From positions 1-64,000 of IMG/VR virus record IMGVR_UViG_3300034103_001746: a stretch of DNA of 64,000 nucleotides. One strand, 5' to 3'. A model generated the notes under the pieces. The model ran no database searches, was not told the DNA's origin, and saw nothing but the letters and a program-made list of their open reading frames with translations. Positions 14,860 through 23,285 of the stretch are shown one piece after another (the first letter of the stretch is position 1; each line of letters starts with the position of its first letter). The position numbers were made by a program, and so were the translations under genes. This DNA is from a virus.

Positions 14860-14875
14860 TGGCACGATTTTTGCT
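14860..14875 (+). promoter_or_regulatory. sigma54 -24/-12 box (consensus match)
   Basis: TGGCAC-GATTT-TTGCT. Confidence 0.75.
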
Positions 14876-15004
14876 GCGGCTGTTCCCCACCTATGGGGGG
14901 TTTTTTTGTTTTCCCCACCATAGAGGGGTGATCCCCCCAAAAACGCGGGGTGGTATAAACACAATAGGGACCGTCATATATAAATTAGCCAGTTTAATAG
15001 CCAC

Positions 15005-16216
15005 TTATATCCATCTTCTGACACTACCAGAACCTAATAGTTTCATACTACCATTTTGCGTATTCACAGCATAGACTCTAACAGTATTCCAGCCCCTACG
15101 AAACATATATCTATTTAATTTAATATCAAAACCATGATAATCGCTACCCACACTATTAATCAGGTCCGGTCTATACAAATTGGCCCAGCGAGTAGACACA
15201 AGCCTATTATTAATCATTACTTTTACTAACATTGGTTTTTCTCCCAAAGTAGAACTATGGGCCCATCCGTATACTCTATTGAGATTCATAATGCCCACAC
15301 GACCACTGATTACTTCCGGCATCTCGTTCTTTATCACTTCAGTATATGAGCCCAGAGCAGACCACGAATCTTTTAAGTATCCTCCACCACTCACTTTTGA
15401 ACTTAAATAATCTGTTTTAATAACTTCTGATAGTAGTGCGAATATTCTCTCAGAAGCATTTCCATTTAACAAACTAATCTTTCCAGCAACCACAGGCGCA
15501 GCCATACTAGTTCCGCTTAGGGTCGCATATCTATTGCCCGGCCATGTTGAATTTATTAAAGTGCCATAGGCCGCCACCTGTACAGTATTAACTCCATAAT
15601 TAGACGATCCGCTCAAAATATGATCTGGAGTTATAGAAGCTACACTAATTATATTAGCTAATTTAAAACTACTAGGATAGTTGGGATATATATCAATATT
15701 GCTGCCGTTATTACCCGCCGCGCATACAAACACTACCCCATCATTATTTAAGACCGATAACTTATCTTTGATCACAGATGACCCATAACTACCCAAGGTC
15801 CAACTAGCATTCACCGTATTTATTTCTATTCCCTGTGTTTTTAACGTATGAATATAATCCAAAGCATTTAATAGAGCACTAGTAACACCAGACCCCGTGT
15901 CACTAATCATTTTTAAAACCACTATCTTTACGGCTGGATTAACCCCCTGCACAATGCCCCCAACATGAGTTCCATGACCATAAACATCTAGAACATTATT
16001 ATTATTACTAACAAAATTCCATCCGTGCATATCATCTATATAACCATTTTTATCATTGTCTATATTATCATTAGCAATTTCATATGGATTGGTCCACAGA
16101 TTATCTATCAAATCTTTATGATTAATATCCAAACCAGAATCTAAGATGCCCACTATAGAAGACAAAACACTTTTATTTTCCAACGTCTCAAAACCTAATA
16201 CATCCTTGTTTTTCAT
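15005..16216 (-). CDS. subtilisin-like S8 serine peptidase
   Basis: catalytic triad motifs ILDSG, GHGTHV and SGTSMA; oxyanion AAGN; DNDKNGYIDD Ca-binding loop. Confidence 0.95.
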   Translation of the reverse strand: MKNKDVLGFETLENKSVLSSIVGILDSGLDINHKDLIDNLWTNPYEIANDNIDNDKNGYIDDMHGWNFVSNNNNVLDVYGHGTHVGGIVQGVNPAVKIVVLKMISDTGSGVTSALLNALDYIHTLKTQGIEINTVNASWTLGSYGSSVIKDKLSVLNNDGVVFVCAAGNNGSNIDIYPNYPSSFKLANIISVASITPDHILSGSSNYGVNTVQVAAYGTLINSTWPGNRYATLSGTSMAAPVVAGKISLLNGNASERIFALLSEVIKTDYLSSKVSGGGYLKDSWSALGSYTEVIKNEMPEVISGRVGIMNLNRVYGWAHSSTLGEKPMLVKVMINNRLVSTRWANLYRPDLINSVGSDYHGFDIKLNRYMFRRGWNTVRVYAVNTQNGSMKLLGSGSVRRWI

Positions 16217-16289
16217 ATATCTAATCCTTTAGAAAAAATTTCACAACAACTCCCGAACTTTATCATAAAATTTACTCCTGTCAAGACAT

Positions 16290-16317
16290 AAAAAAAGGCA
16301 AGCATCTCTGCTCGCCT
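16290..16317 (-). terminator. intrinsic terminator
   Basis: GGCGAGCA/TGCTTGCC stem plus T7. Confidence 0.7.
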
Positions 16318-16341
16318 CTCTTTACATTTATCTATACGAGA

Positions 16342-16548
16342 TCAATATCTATGTGGATTATTTAGACACCGATGCCTCCACCAGCAAGAGTTAACTATAG
16401 GAAGTAATTGAATATACTGTACTGGTTGATAACTTATAGTGGGTTGAATCTGTGTTGGCATAACAGTAATAGTCTGTTGAGCCATACAATTATTACATGC
16501 CACGAGTGTTAGAAAAAATAAAGTTATTAAAGTTTTCATATTAGCCAA
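16342..16548 (-). CDS. small secreted-type hypothetical protein
   Basis: signal-peptide-like MKTLITLFFLTLVAC. Confidence 0.55.
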   Translation of the reverse strand: MANMKTLITLFFLTLVACNNCMAQQTITVMPTQIQPTISYQPVQYIQLLPIVNSCWWRHRCLNNPHRY

Positions 16549-16771
16549 TTTCCCCTGATGTTTCTACTGTTGATACTTTTTGAGTCTTGCTTGGACGCCC
16601 TCTTGGTTTTTTTAGAGAAAGCTTTCTGCGTTGGCGACGAACCATAGCTGTGCTAACATTCTGACCAGTTATTTGACTTAATTTAACGGCCAATACTTCG
16701 TCTGGTAAAGTATTATGATTATTCTTAATAAATTCTACTTCCGAATCGGTCCACTTTTTATAAGTTGCCAT
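16541..16771 (-). CDS. small HTH-like DNA-binding protein (likely start MATYKKW) with AT-hook-like PRGRP
   Basis: KWTDSEVEFIK..LAVKL..STAMVRRQRRKL; AAGGA RBS. Confidence 0.7.
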   Translation of the reverse strand: MATYKKWTDSEVEFIKNNHNTLPDEVLAVKLSQITGQNVSTAMVRRQRRKLSLKKPRGRPSKTQKVSTVETSGEIG

Positions 16772-16972
16772 AATTAATCCTTTTGTAAAGTTGACTAAAA
16801 GTGTAATTAACAATATTATAGTATTAGTTGACAAGTTTTGCGCAAGGAGAAAAAATGACTAATCCGCACTTTAATTTAGTCGATTCAATTTTGGTTGTAA
16901 AAGCATCGGGTGGTCTTGATGTTGATAGGGATTTAGCACTACCAGAAGGAAAAAGCATAGCACAATTAATAT

Positions 16973-17638
16973 ATGACCAAGAAAAAAAAGCCACAAAAAT
17001 CTCCCAAGACCCCAAAGAGTAATAGTTCATTACCTCATGGCGTTAGTGAAGAAGAATTTTTAACAGTACTAGATAATATTAGCAAAAGATTAGGCCATAA
17101 ATTTAAATTTGGCTATCATAACTTTGATGATATGAAACAACAGGCCGCCATATTTGCACTAGAAGGTTTAGAAAAATACGACAAAAAAAGACCACTAGAA
17201 AACTTTCTTTGGACCCACGTTCGCAACAGACTTTTCAATTACAAACGAGACAATTATCAAAGGCCCGACAAACCCTGCTTAAGTTGTCCACTTTACGACC
17301 CACACTGTAAGAAAAGTAACAATCAATGTTTAGAGTTTAGTAATAAAAGCGACTGTGAATTATATAGTGCCTGGGAAACCCGTAATAATAGTAAAAAAAA
17401 TATTATGAAACCCGTTGGCATAGAAGACATAGAAGACTATGGGGCCAAACACCATACCAAAGGAGACGTTTCCGAACTGGTTTTCAATCAAGAAATTATC
17501 ACCCTCTTAGATGAAAAAATTCCCTCATCCCACCGAGAGACTTATCTCAAATTAAAATATGGCGAAAAGATATGCAAAAGTGATCTTAATAAATTACTTC
17601 AAATAATTAGAGAAATAATAGATGAACAACAACAGTGA
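16973..17638 (+). CDS. phage sigma-factor-like protein with Cys-rich insert
   Basis: DDMKQQAAIFALEGLEKYDKKRPLENFLWTHVRNRLFNYKRD resembles sigma70 region 2. Confidence 0.65.
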   Translation: MTKKKKPQKSPKTPKSNSSLPHGVSEEEFLTVLDNISKRLGHKFKFGYHNFDDMKQQAAIFALEGLEKYDKKRPLENFLWTHVRNRLFNYKRDNYQRPDKPCLSCPLYDPHCKKSNNQCLEFSNKSDCELYSAWETRNNSKKNIMKPVGIEDIEDYGAKHHTKGDVSELVFNQEIITLLDEKIPSSHRETYLKLKYGEKICKSDLNKLLQIIREIIDEQQQ

Positions 17639-18455
17639 TAATACCAAAAGTCCCAAGAAAAGAGGCCAGCTTTCTTTAGAAGAAGAAAAGTTCATAACAG
17701 ACCATATTTCATCTCTCACTATAGAGCAAATCGCCCAACAACTTAATCGCTCTTCTGCACCAATAGAAAGATATGCGCTAGAAAACGACCTATTAACTTC
17801 ACAAGATAGTTCAGATAACAAATATCTCAAACACAAATTGCATCAAAAAAGCTTTTGGACCGAAATAGAAAGACAGTTTGATAAAGATAGTGGCGAATTA
17901 GAATATTTTGAAAATATATGGATAAATTTAATGAAACAATTTCGTGAAGATGTTTTACCCGCCGAAGAACTTCAAATTAAGCAGTTCATAACTATTGATA
18001 TTCTTATTAATCGTAGCATGAAAGAACGTAAGCGTCATATTGTAGAAACAGAAAAATTACAAAAACAAGTAGACAAAGAATACGAGAAACCAGAAGATCA
18101 ACGAGATATACCTAAATTGGCCAACATGGAAACTCAACTAAGTTTTGCTCGTAACAGTATTGCTAATTATACTAATGAATATACTAAGCTTTTAAACGAA
18201 CAACAAAAGATAAGTAAAGATTTGAAGGCTACACGAGAGCAACGCATCAAACGTATCGAAGATGGTAAAAGTAGCTGGACTGGATTGATACGAATGTTAG
18301 AAGACGAAGAAATAAGAGAAAAAGAAGGTCGTGAAATGGAAATTCTTGCTATGGCAACAGATAAGCACAAAAGCAAACTAGAAGAATATCACAATTATGC
18401 GGATAATAGTGTGGACAAACCCTTTTTAACACCAGATAGTGTGGAGAAAGATTAA
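17622..18455 (+). CDS. probable terminase small subunit (HTH plus coiled coil)
   Basis: N-terminal TIEQIAQQLNRS HTH, helical remainder, position upstream of TerL. Confidence 0.45.
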   Translation: MNNNSDNTKSPKKRGQLSLEEEKFITDHISSLTIEQIAQQLNRSSAPIERYALENDLLTSQDSSDNKYLKHKLHQKSFWTEIERQFDKDSGELEYFENIWINLMKQFREDVLPAEELQIKQFITIDILINRSMKERKRHIVETEKLQKQVDKEYEKPEDQRDIPKLANMETQLSFARNSIANYTNEYTKLLNEQQKISKDLKATREQRIKRIEDGKSSWTGLIRMLEDEEIREKEGREMEILAMATDKHKSKLEEYHNYADNSVDKPFLTPDSVEKD

Positions 18456-19444
18456 TGAAAATAGCTTTAGTAACTGGCGTAACTGGACAAGATGGTAGTT
18501 ATATGGCGGATCTATTATTAGAAAAAAAATACAAAGTTATTGGTTTGCATAGACGATCCAGTACTAACAATCTGGGTCGAGTATCTCATTTACTATCTAA
18601 TAAAGATTTTACTCTAGAGGAATTTGATCTTACAGATCCAAGTGGAACTAATCAAATCATTCAACATTATCAGCCCACTGAATTTTATAATTTGGGCGCT
18701 CAGAGCCATGTTGGTACTAGTTTTAAACAGCCAACCACAACCTTCGAAATAGATGCTGTAGGAGTTATAAATATACTAGAAGCTATCAGACATTATTCAC
18801 CACAAACCAAATTGTATCAGGCTGGAACGAGCGAAATGTTTGGTAGAAATTATTCCACAGATTCTAATGGGAAAAAATATCAAGATGAAAATACTACAAT
18901 GCTTCCTCAAAGTCCATATGGGGTGGCTAAATTAGCTTCATATCATATGATACAGATTTATAGAGTAGCATATGGTTTGCATTGTTGCTGTGGAATACTT
19001 TTTAATCACGAAAGTCCCAGAAGAGGAGAAAATTTTGTTACTCGCAAAATTACGAAGTATTTAGGAAAAGTGATACGCGGAGAAAATGTGGGTAAACTAG
19101 AGCTAGGTAATTTAGATGCTCATAGAGACTGGGGACATGCTAAGGATTATGTGAAAGGAATGTGGATGATGTTACAGCAACCACAACCCTCAGACTATGT
19201 TTTAGCAACCGGTGAGACCCATAGCGTTAAAGAGTTTTTACTGTCCGCTTTTGAATTGGCGAATTTAAACTATAAAAATTATGTTGATATTAATGAAGAT
19301 CTTTTTAGACCAGCAGAAGTAGACTATCTTTGTGGAGATGCTACTAAAGCTAAAACACAATTGTCTTGGACGCCATCCTATTCTTTTGGTGCTTTAATTC
19401 AAGACATGGTATATAGCGATTCTCAGCCCAATGCGAAATTTTAA
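18455..19444 (+). CDS. gmd: GDP-mannose 4,6-dehydratase
   Basis: ALVTGVTGQDGSY, YNLGAQSHV, PQSPYGVAK, LFNHESPRRG..FVTRKI, RDWGHAKDY, RPAEVD. Confidence 0.97.
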   Translation: MKIALVTGVTGQDGSYMADLLLEKKYKVIGLHRRSSTNNLGRVSHLLSNKDFTLEEFDLTDPSGTNQIIQHYQPTEFYNLGAQSHVGTSFKQPTTTFEIDAVGVINILEAIRHYSPQTKLYQAGTSEMFGRNYSTDSNGKKYQDENTTMLPQSPYGVAKLASYHMIQIYRVAYGLHCCCGILFNHESPRRGENFVTRKITKYLGKVIRGENVGKLELGNLDAHRDWGHAKDYVKGMWMMLQQPQPSDYVLATGETHSVKEFLLSAFELANLNYKNYVDINEDLFRPAEVDYLCGDATKAKTQLSWTPSYSFGALIQDMVYSDSQPNAKF

Positions 19445-19697
19445 TGATCCTTTATATAAGAAATGGCGTAAACAGGTTTATAAAAGAGACGATCATCAGT
19501 GTCAATGGCCCGGTTGTCAAACTAAAAAGAAGTTAAATGCTCATCATATCAAAACATGGGCAGAGTATCCTTCTTTACGTTTTTGTGTAAGTAACGGTAT
19601 TACTCTTTGTTATTTACATCATAAAATGATTAAAGGATTAGAGAGTATATATGAAGCAGTATTCTTTAAAATAGTGGCTAGTAAAAATGATAAATAA
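19431..19697 (+). CDS. small HNH endonuclease (packaging-associated type)
   Basis: WRKQVYKRDDHQCQWPGC..AHHI..NGITLCYLHH. Confidence 0.85.
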   Translation: MRNFNDPLYKKWRKQVYKRDDHQCQWPGCQTKKKLNAHHIKTWAEYPSLRFCVSNGITLCYLHHKMIKGLESIYEAVFFKIVASKNDK

Positions 19698-20163
19698 TAA
19701 TGATTTTACAATTATTATAGACACAAGAGAGCAGCAACCCTGGTCTTTTGAGCATTACGCTACAGCTAATAAAAAGCTAGATACTGGAGACTATAGTATT
19801 GAAGGACTAGAAGAAGTTTTAGCTATAGAAAGAAAAAAAAGCGTGAGTGAATTTGCTAATAATATTACTGAAAGTCGTTTTAAAGATGTTATTACTAGAC
19901 TTAGTAATATTAAACATTCTTTTCTATTATTAGAATTTGAACTAGATGATGTTCTTATTTATCCAGTTGGGTCTAACGTTCCTAAACGCATGTGGGATAA
20001 AATTAAAATATCTCCATCATTTATTATGAAACATTTATTAGAGTTACAAATCTATCATAATATAAAAGTAATTTTTTGTGGAGATGCGGATAATGCTGCT
20101 AAGATGGCGGAATTCATTTTTAAAAAGGTAAATTACATTGAGCGAAATAAAAAAGAAGTTTGA
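19687..20163 (+). CDS. ERCC4/XPF-type nuclease
   Basis: IIIDTREQ, GDYS and IERK motifs. Confidence 0.85.
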   Translation: MINNNDFTIIIDTREQQPWSFEHYATANKKLDTGDYSIEGLEEVLAIERKKSVSEFANNITESRFKDVITRLSNIKHSFLLLEFELDDVLIYPVGSNVPKRMWDKIKISPSFIMKHLLELQIYHNIKVIFCGDADNAAKMAEFIFKKVNYIERNKKEV

Positions 20164-23100
20164 TTTTGATGATGCCTGGTTAGGATTGGGGGATCTTAAT
20201 CAAATTATTATCCCTAAAAATCCGATGATAAATAGGACAGAACAGGAAATAGAAAATCCTGATTTACATCTATTAAAGCTGTTACGCAGTCCTAAATATA
20301 TTGGTACTATGGTTAAGCTATTACTTAACATAGAACTACACCCTATTCAAATAGCTATTATTCAGGAGTTTTGGATACGAGCATTTCCTATGTATATTGC
20401 TAGTCGTGGCTGGGGCAAATCATTCTTATTAGCTTTATATTGCGTAATTCGTTGCTCATTTTTTCCAGGTACTAAAATTGTTGTTGTCGGCGCTGCATTT
20501 AGACAGAGTAAAATTATTTTTGAATATATGGAAACTATTTGGCGTAATAGTCCCATACTTCGTAGTATTTTTAATGGTAATGATGATGGTCCTCGCAGAG
20601 ACGTTGATAGATGTACTATGAGACTAGGAGATAGTTGGACTATAGCTATTCCTATGGGCGATGGTTGTCTTACTTCAGACACTTTAATAACATATAAAAA
20701 TAAGTTTGGTACTTTGGGTGAAATTTTTAATCTAGATTTTGAAGAAGAATTAGATGAAACAAATAATTGTGAGGTATGGGATAATTATTGTTTTGAGAAA
20801 AGTACTTATAAAAGATATAATGGTTTTAAAGATACAATTAAAATAACGTCTAAAAGAGGTTTTAGTATTGAAGGAACACATAACCATGAAATTAAAGTTT
20901 TTGATGGAACAAATATTATTTGGAAAAGACTTGATCAAATAAGTATCAACGATAATATTTTAATAGATAATAAACCTCGTTGGCATGAAGGTAAAACGGA
21001 TATTTCTGTTGACGAAGCATATGCTTTAGGTTTAATGATAGGAGATGGGTGTTGGACTAATAAATATAGGCTAAGATTTACAACTAAAGACGAAGAACTA
21101 GTAACTTCTCTTGAAAATGGTTTAAAAGTAAAATTTTATCAATGTTCTGATAAAGTACATTATAATTATGATTCAATCAAATTTGTTAAAAACTGGAGAG
21201 AATATTGGGGATTTGAAACAACTTATACTAAAGACAAATACATTCCAGAAAAAATATTATCTAGCGAACAAGAAGTAATGAGTGCTGTTATTAGAGGTAT
21301 TTTTGATACTGATGGTCATATTCAGGGCAATTCCAATAAAGGAGGCATGGGAATTACAATTAGTTTGACTAATACATCAAAAAGACTAATAAAACAAATT
21401 CAATTTATCTTACTACATTATGGTATTGTTTCAACTTTAAAAAGTAGAAATCGTAATAGTAAATGGAATACTATTTATGAACTATTAATAAATGGAAAAA
21501 ATATAAAAATATTTAATGAAAAAATCGGTTTTGGATTATCAAGAAAAAAAGAAGCTCTAAATTTATATATATCTAAGAAAAAAAGATGGACATCTCAAGA
21601 AAAATACAAAGAGTCATTTTTATTAGATCAAATAATAAATATTGAACATGATAAAAATTATACGTATGATATAGAAGTTAATAATTCTCATCAATATAAT
21701 GCTAATGGTATTTGTGTTCATAATAGTAAAATTAGAGGTTTAAGAGCACATATTATTATTGCAGACGAATTTGCTTCTATAAGCCCAGACATTTACGAAA
21801 CAGTAGTATCAGGGTTTGCTGCTGTTTCAGCTAGTCCAATTCAAAACGTTAAAGAAGAAGCAAAAAAACAAGCTATGATTGATGCTGGTTTATGGAATGA
21901 TGAGTTGGAAGCCTTAGATTACAAAATGGGTAATCAGGCTATTATTAGCGGTACAGCGGATTATGAATTTAAACATTTTGCTAGTTACTGGAAGAGATAT
22001 AAATCTATTATAGAAAGCAAGGGAGATCAAAGAAAATTAGAAGAAATTTTTAAAGGAGAAATACCAAATAATTTTAATTGGAAAGACTATAGTATTATTC
22101 GTATCCCATATGAATTAATTCCAAAAGGCTTCATGGATGATAAACAAGTTAGTCGAGCTAAAGCTACTATTCATACCGGTATTTACAATATGGAATATGC
22201 AGCTTGTTTTGTTAGAGATAGTGAAGGATTCTTTAGAAGAAGCTTAATTGAATCTTGTGTTACTTCTGATCGTAATCCAATAGTTATTAATAATAAAACT
22301 GTAACTTTTGATGCTATGACTCAAGGCAACTCTAATTGTCAGTATATTTATGGAATTGATCCAGCTTCCGAACAAGATAATTTTAGTATAATTATACTAG
22401 AAGTTCATCCAGATCATAGAAGAGTAGTTTACGGATGGACTACTAATCGTAGTAATTTTAAAGAAAGATTAAAAACAGGACTAGTGCAAGAACATGATTT
22501 TTATGGTTTTTGTGCTCGTAAGATTCGTAATCTTATGAAAATTTTTCCATGTGCTCGTATGGGCATAGACGCTCAGGGTGGTGGTGTGGCAATAGAAGAA
22601 GCTCTACATGATCCGTCTAAACTAGAAGAAGGAGAACATTTAATTTGGCCAATTATTGATTATGACAAACCCAAAGATACAGACAACCAGCCTGGTTTAC
22701 ATATTATAGAGCTAGTACAATTTGCTAAAGCAGATTGGACAGCTCAAGCTAATCACGGATTAAGAAAAGACCTAGAAGATAAAATATTATTATTTCCTAG
22801 ATTTGATAATTTAACATTAGGATTAGCTTTAGAAAAAGAAGGAAAAGATATATTAGACACCGATCTAAATCCTATTTATGATAGTCTTAGTGAGTGTATT
22901 TTAGAAATAGAAGAACTTAAAAATGAACTAGTTACTATTGTAATGACTCAAACCAGCACCGGTTCTGGAGCACGTGATAGATGGGATACTCCAGAAGTTA
23001 AATTGCAAAATGGTAAAAAAGGCAGACTACGAAAAGACCGATATAGCTCATTAATAATAGCTAATATGTTAGCGAGACAAATGACAAGAACATTACAATC

Positions 23101-23227
23101 GATTGAATATGAAGTAGTTGGTGGAAATAGGCTAAATATGGTCAAGCAAGATGGAAATATGTATAAAGGGCCAGAATGGTTCACTTCTGGAGCTAATGAT
23201 GCCGATTATCTTGGCATTTATAAATAA
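20138..23227 (+). CDS. terminase large subunit with intein
   Basis: Walker A ASRGWGKS, IRGLRAHIIIADE Walker B, YGIDPA nuclease motif, KDRYSS; TTG start. Confidence 0.93.
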   Translation: MSEIKKKFDFDDAWLGLGDLNQIIIPKNPMINRTEQEIENPDLHLLKLLRSPKYIGTMVKLLLNIELHPIQIAIIQEFWIRAFPMYIASRGWGKSFLLALYCVIRCSFFPGTKIVVVGAAFRQSKIIFEYMETIWRNSPILRSIFNGNDDGPRRDVDRCTMRLGDSWTIAIPMGDGCLTSDTLITYKNKFGTLGEIFNLDFEEELDETNNCEVWDNYCFEKSTYKRYNGFKDTIKITSKRGFSIEGTHNHEIKVFDGTNIIWKRLDQISINDNILIDNKPRWHEGKTDISVDEAYALGLMIGDGCWTNKYRLRFTTKDEELVTSLENGLKVKFYQCSDKVHYNYDSIKFVKNWREYWGFETTYTKDKYIPEKILSSEQEVMSAVIRGIFDTDGHIQGNSNKGGMGITISLTNTSKRLIKQIQFILLHYGIVSTLKSRNRNSKWNTIYELLINGKNIKIFNEKIGFGLSRKKEALNLYISKKKRWTSQEKYKESFLLDQIINIEHDKNYTYDIEVNNSHQYNANGICVHNSKIRGLRAHIIIADEFASISPDIYETVVSGFAAVSASPIQNVKEEAKKQAMIDAGLWNDELEALDYKMGNQAIISGTADYEFKHFASYWKRYKSIIESKGDQRKLEEIFKGEIPNNFNWKDYSIIRIPYELIPKGFMDDKQVSRAKATIHTGIYNMEYAACFVRDSEGFFRRSLIESCVTSDRNPIVINNKTVTFDAMTQGNSNCQYIYGIDPASEQDNFSIIILEVHPDHRRVVYGWTTNRSNFKERLKTGLVQEHDFYGFCARKIRNLMKIFPCARMGIDAQGGGVAIEEALHDPSKLEEGEHLIWPIIDYDKPKDTDNQPGLHIIELVQFAKADWTAQANHGLRKDLEDKILLFPRFDNLTLGLALEKEGKDILDTDLNPIYDSLSECILEIEELKNELVTIVMTQTSTGSGARDRWDTPEVKLQNGKKGRLRKDRYSSLIIANMLARQMTRTLQSIEYEVVGGNRLNMVKQDGNMYKGPEWFTSGANDADYLGIYK
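20666..21724 (+). mobile_element. intein (353 aa) with LAGLIDADG homing endonuclease
   Basis: starts CLTSDTLI, block B GTHNH, LGLMIGDG and IRGIFDTDG motifs, ends YDIEV..NGICVHN/S. Confidence 0.95.
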
Positions 23228-23285
23228 AAAAGTGTATAATCGTATTGTAATTGCATTATAATTCTATTAATATAAAAATAAAAAT

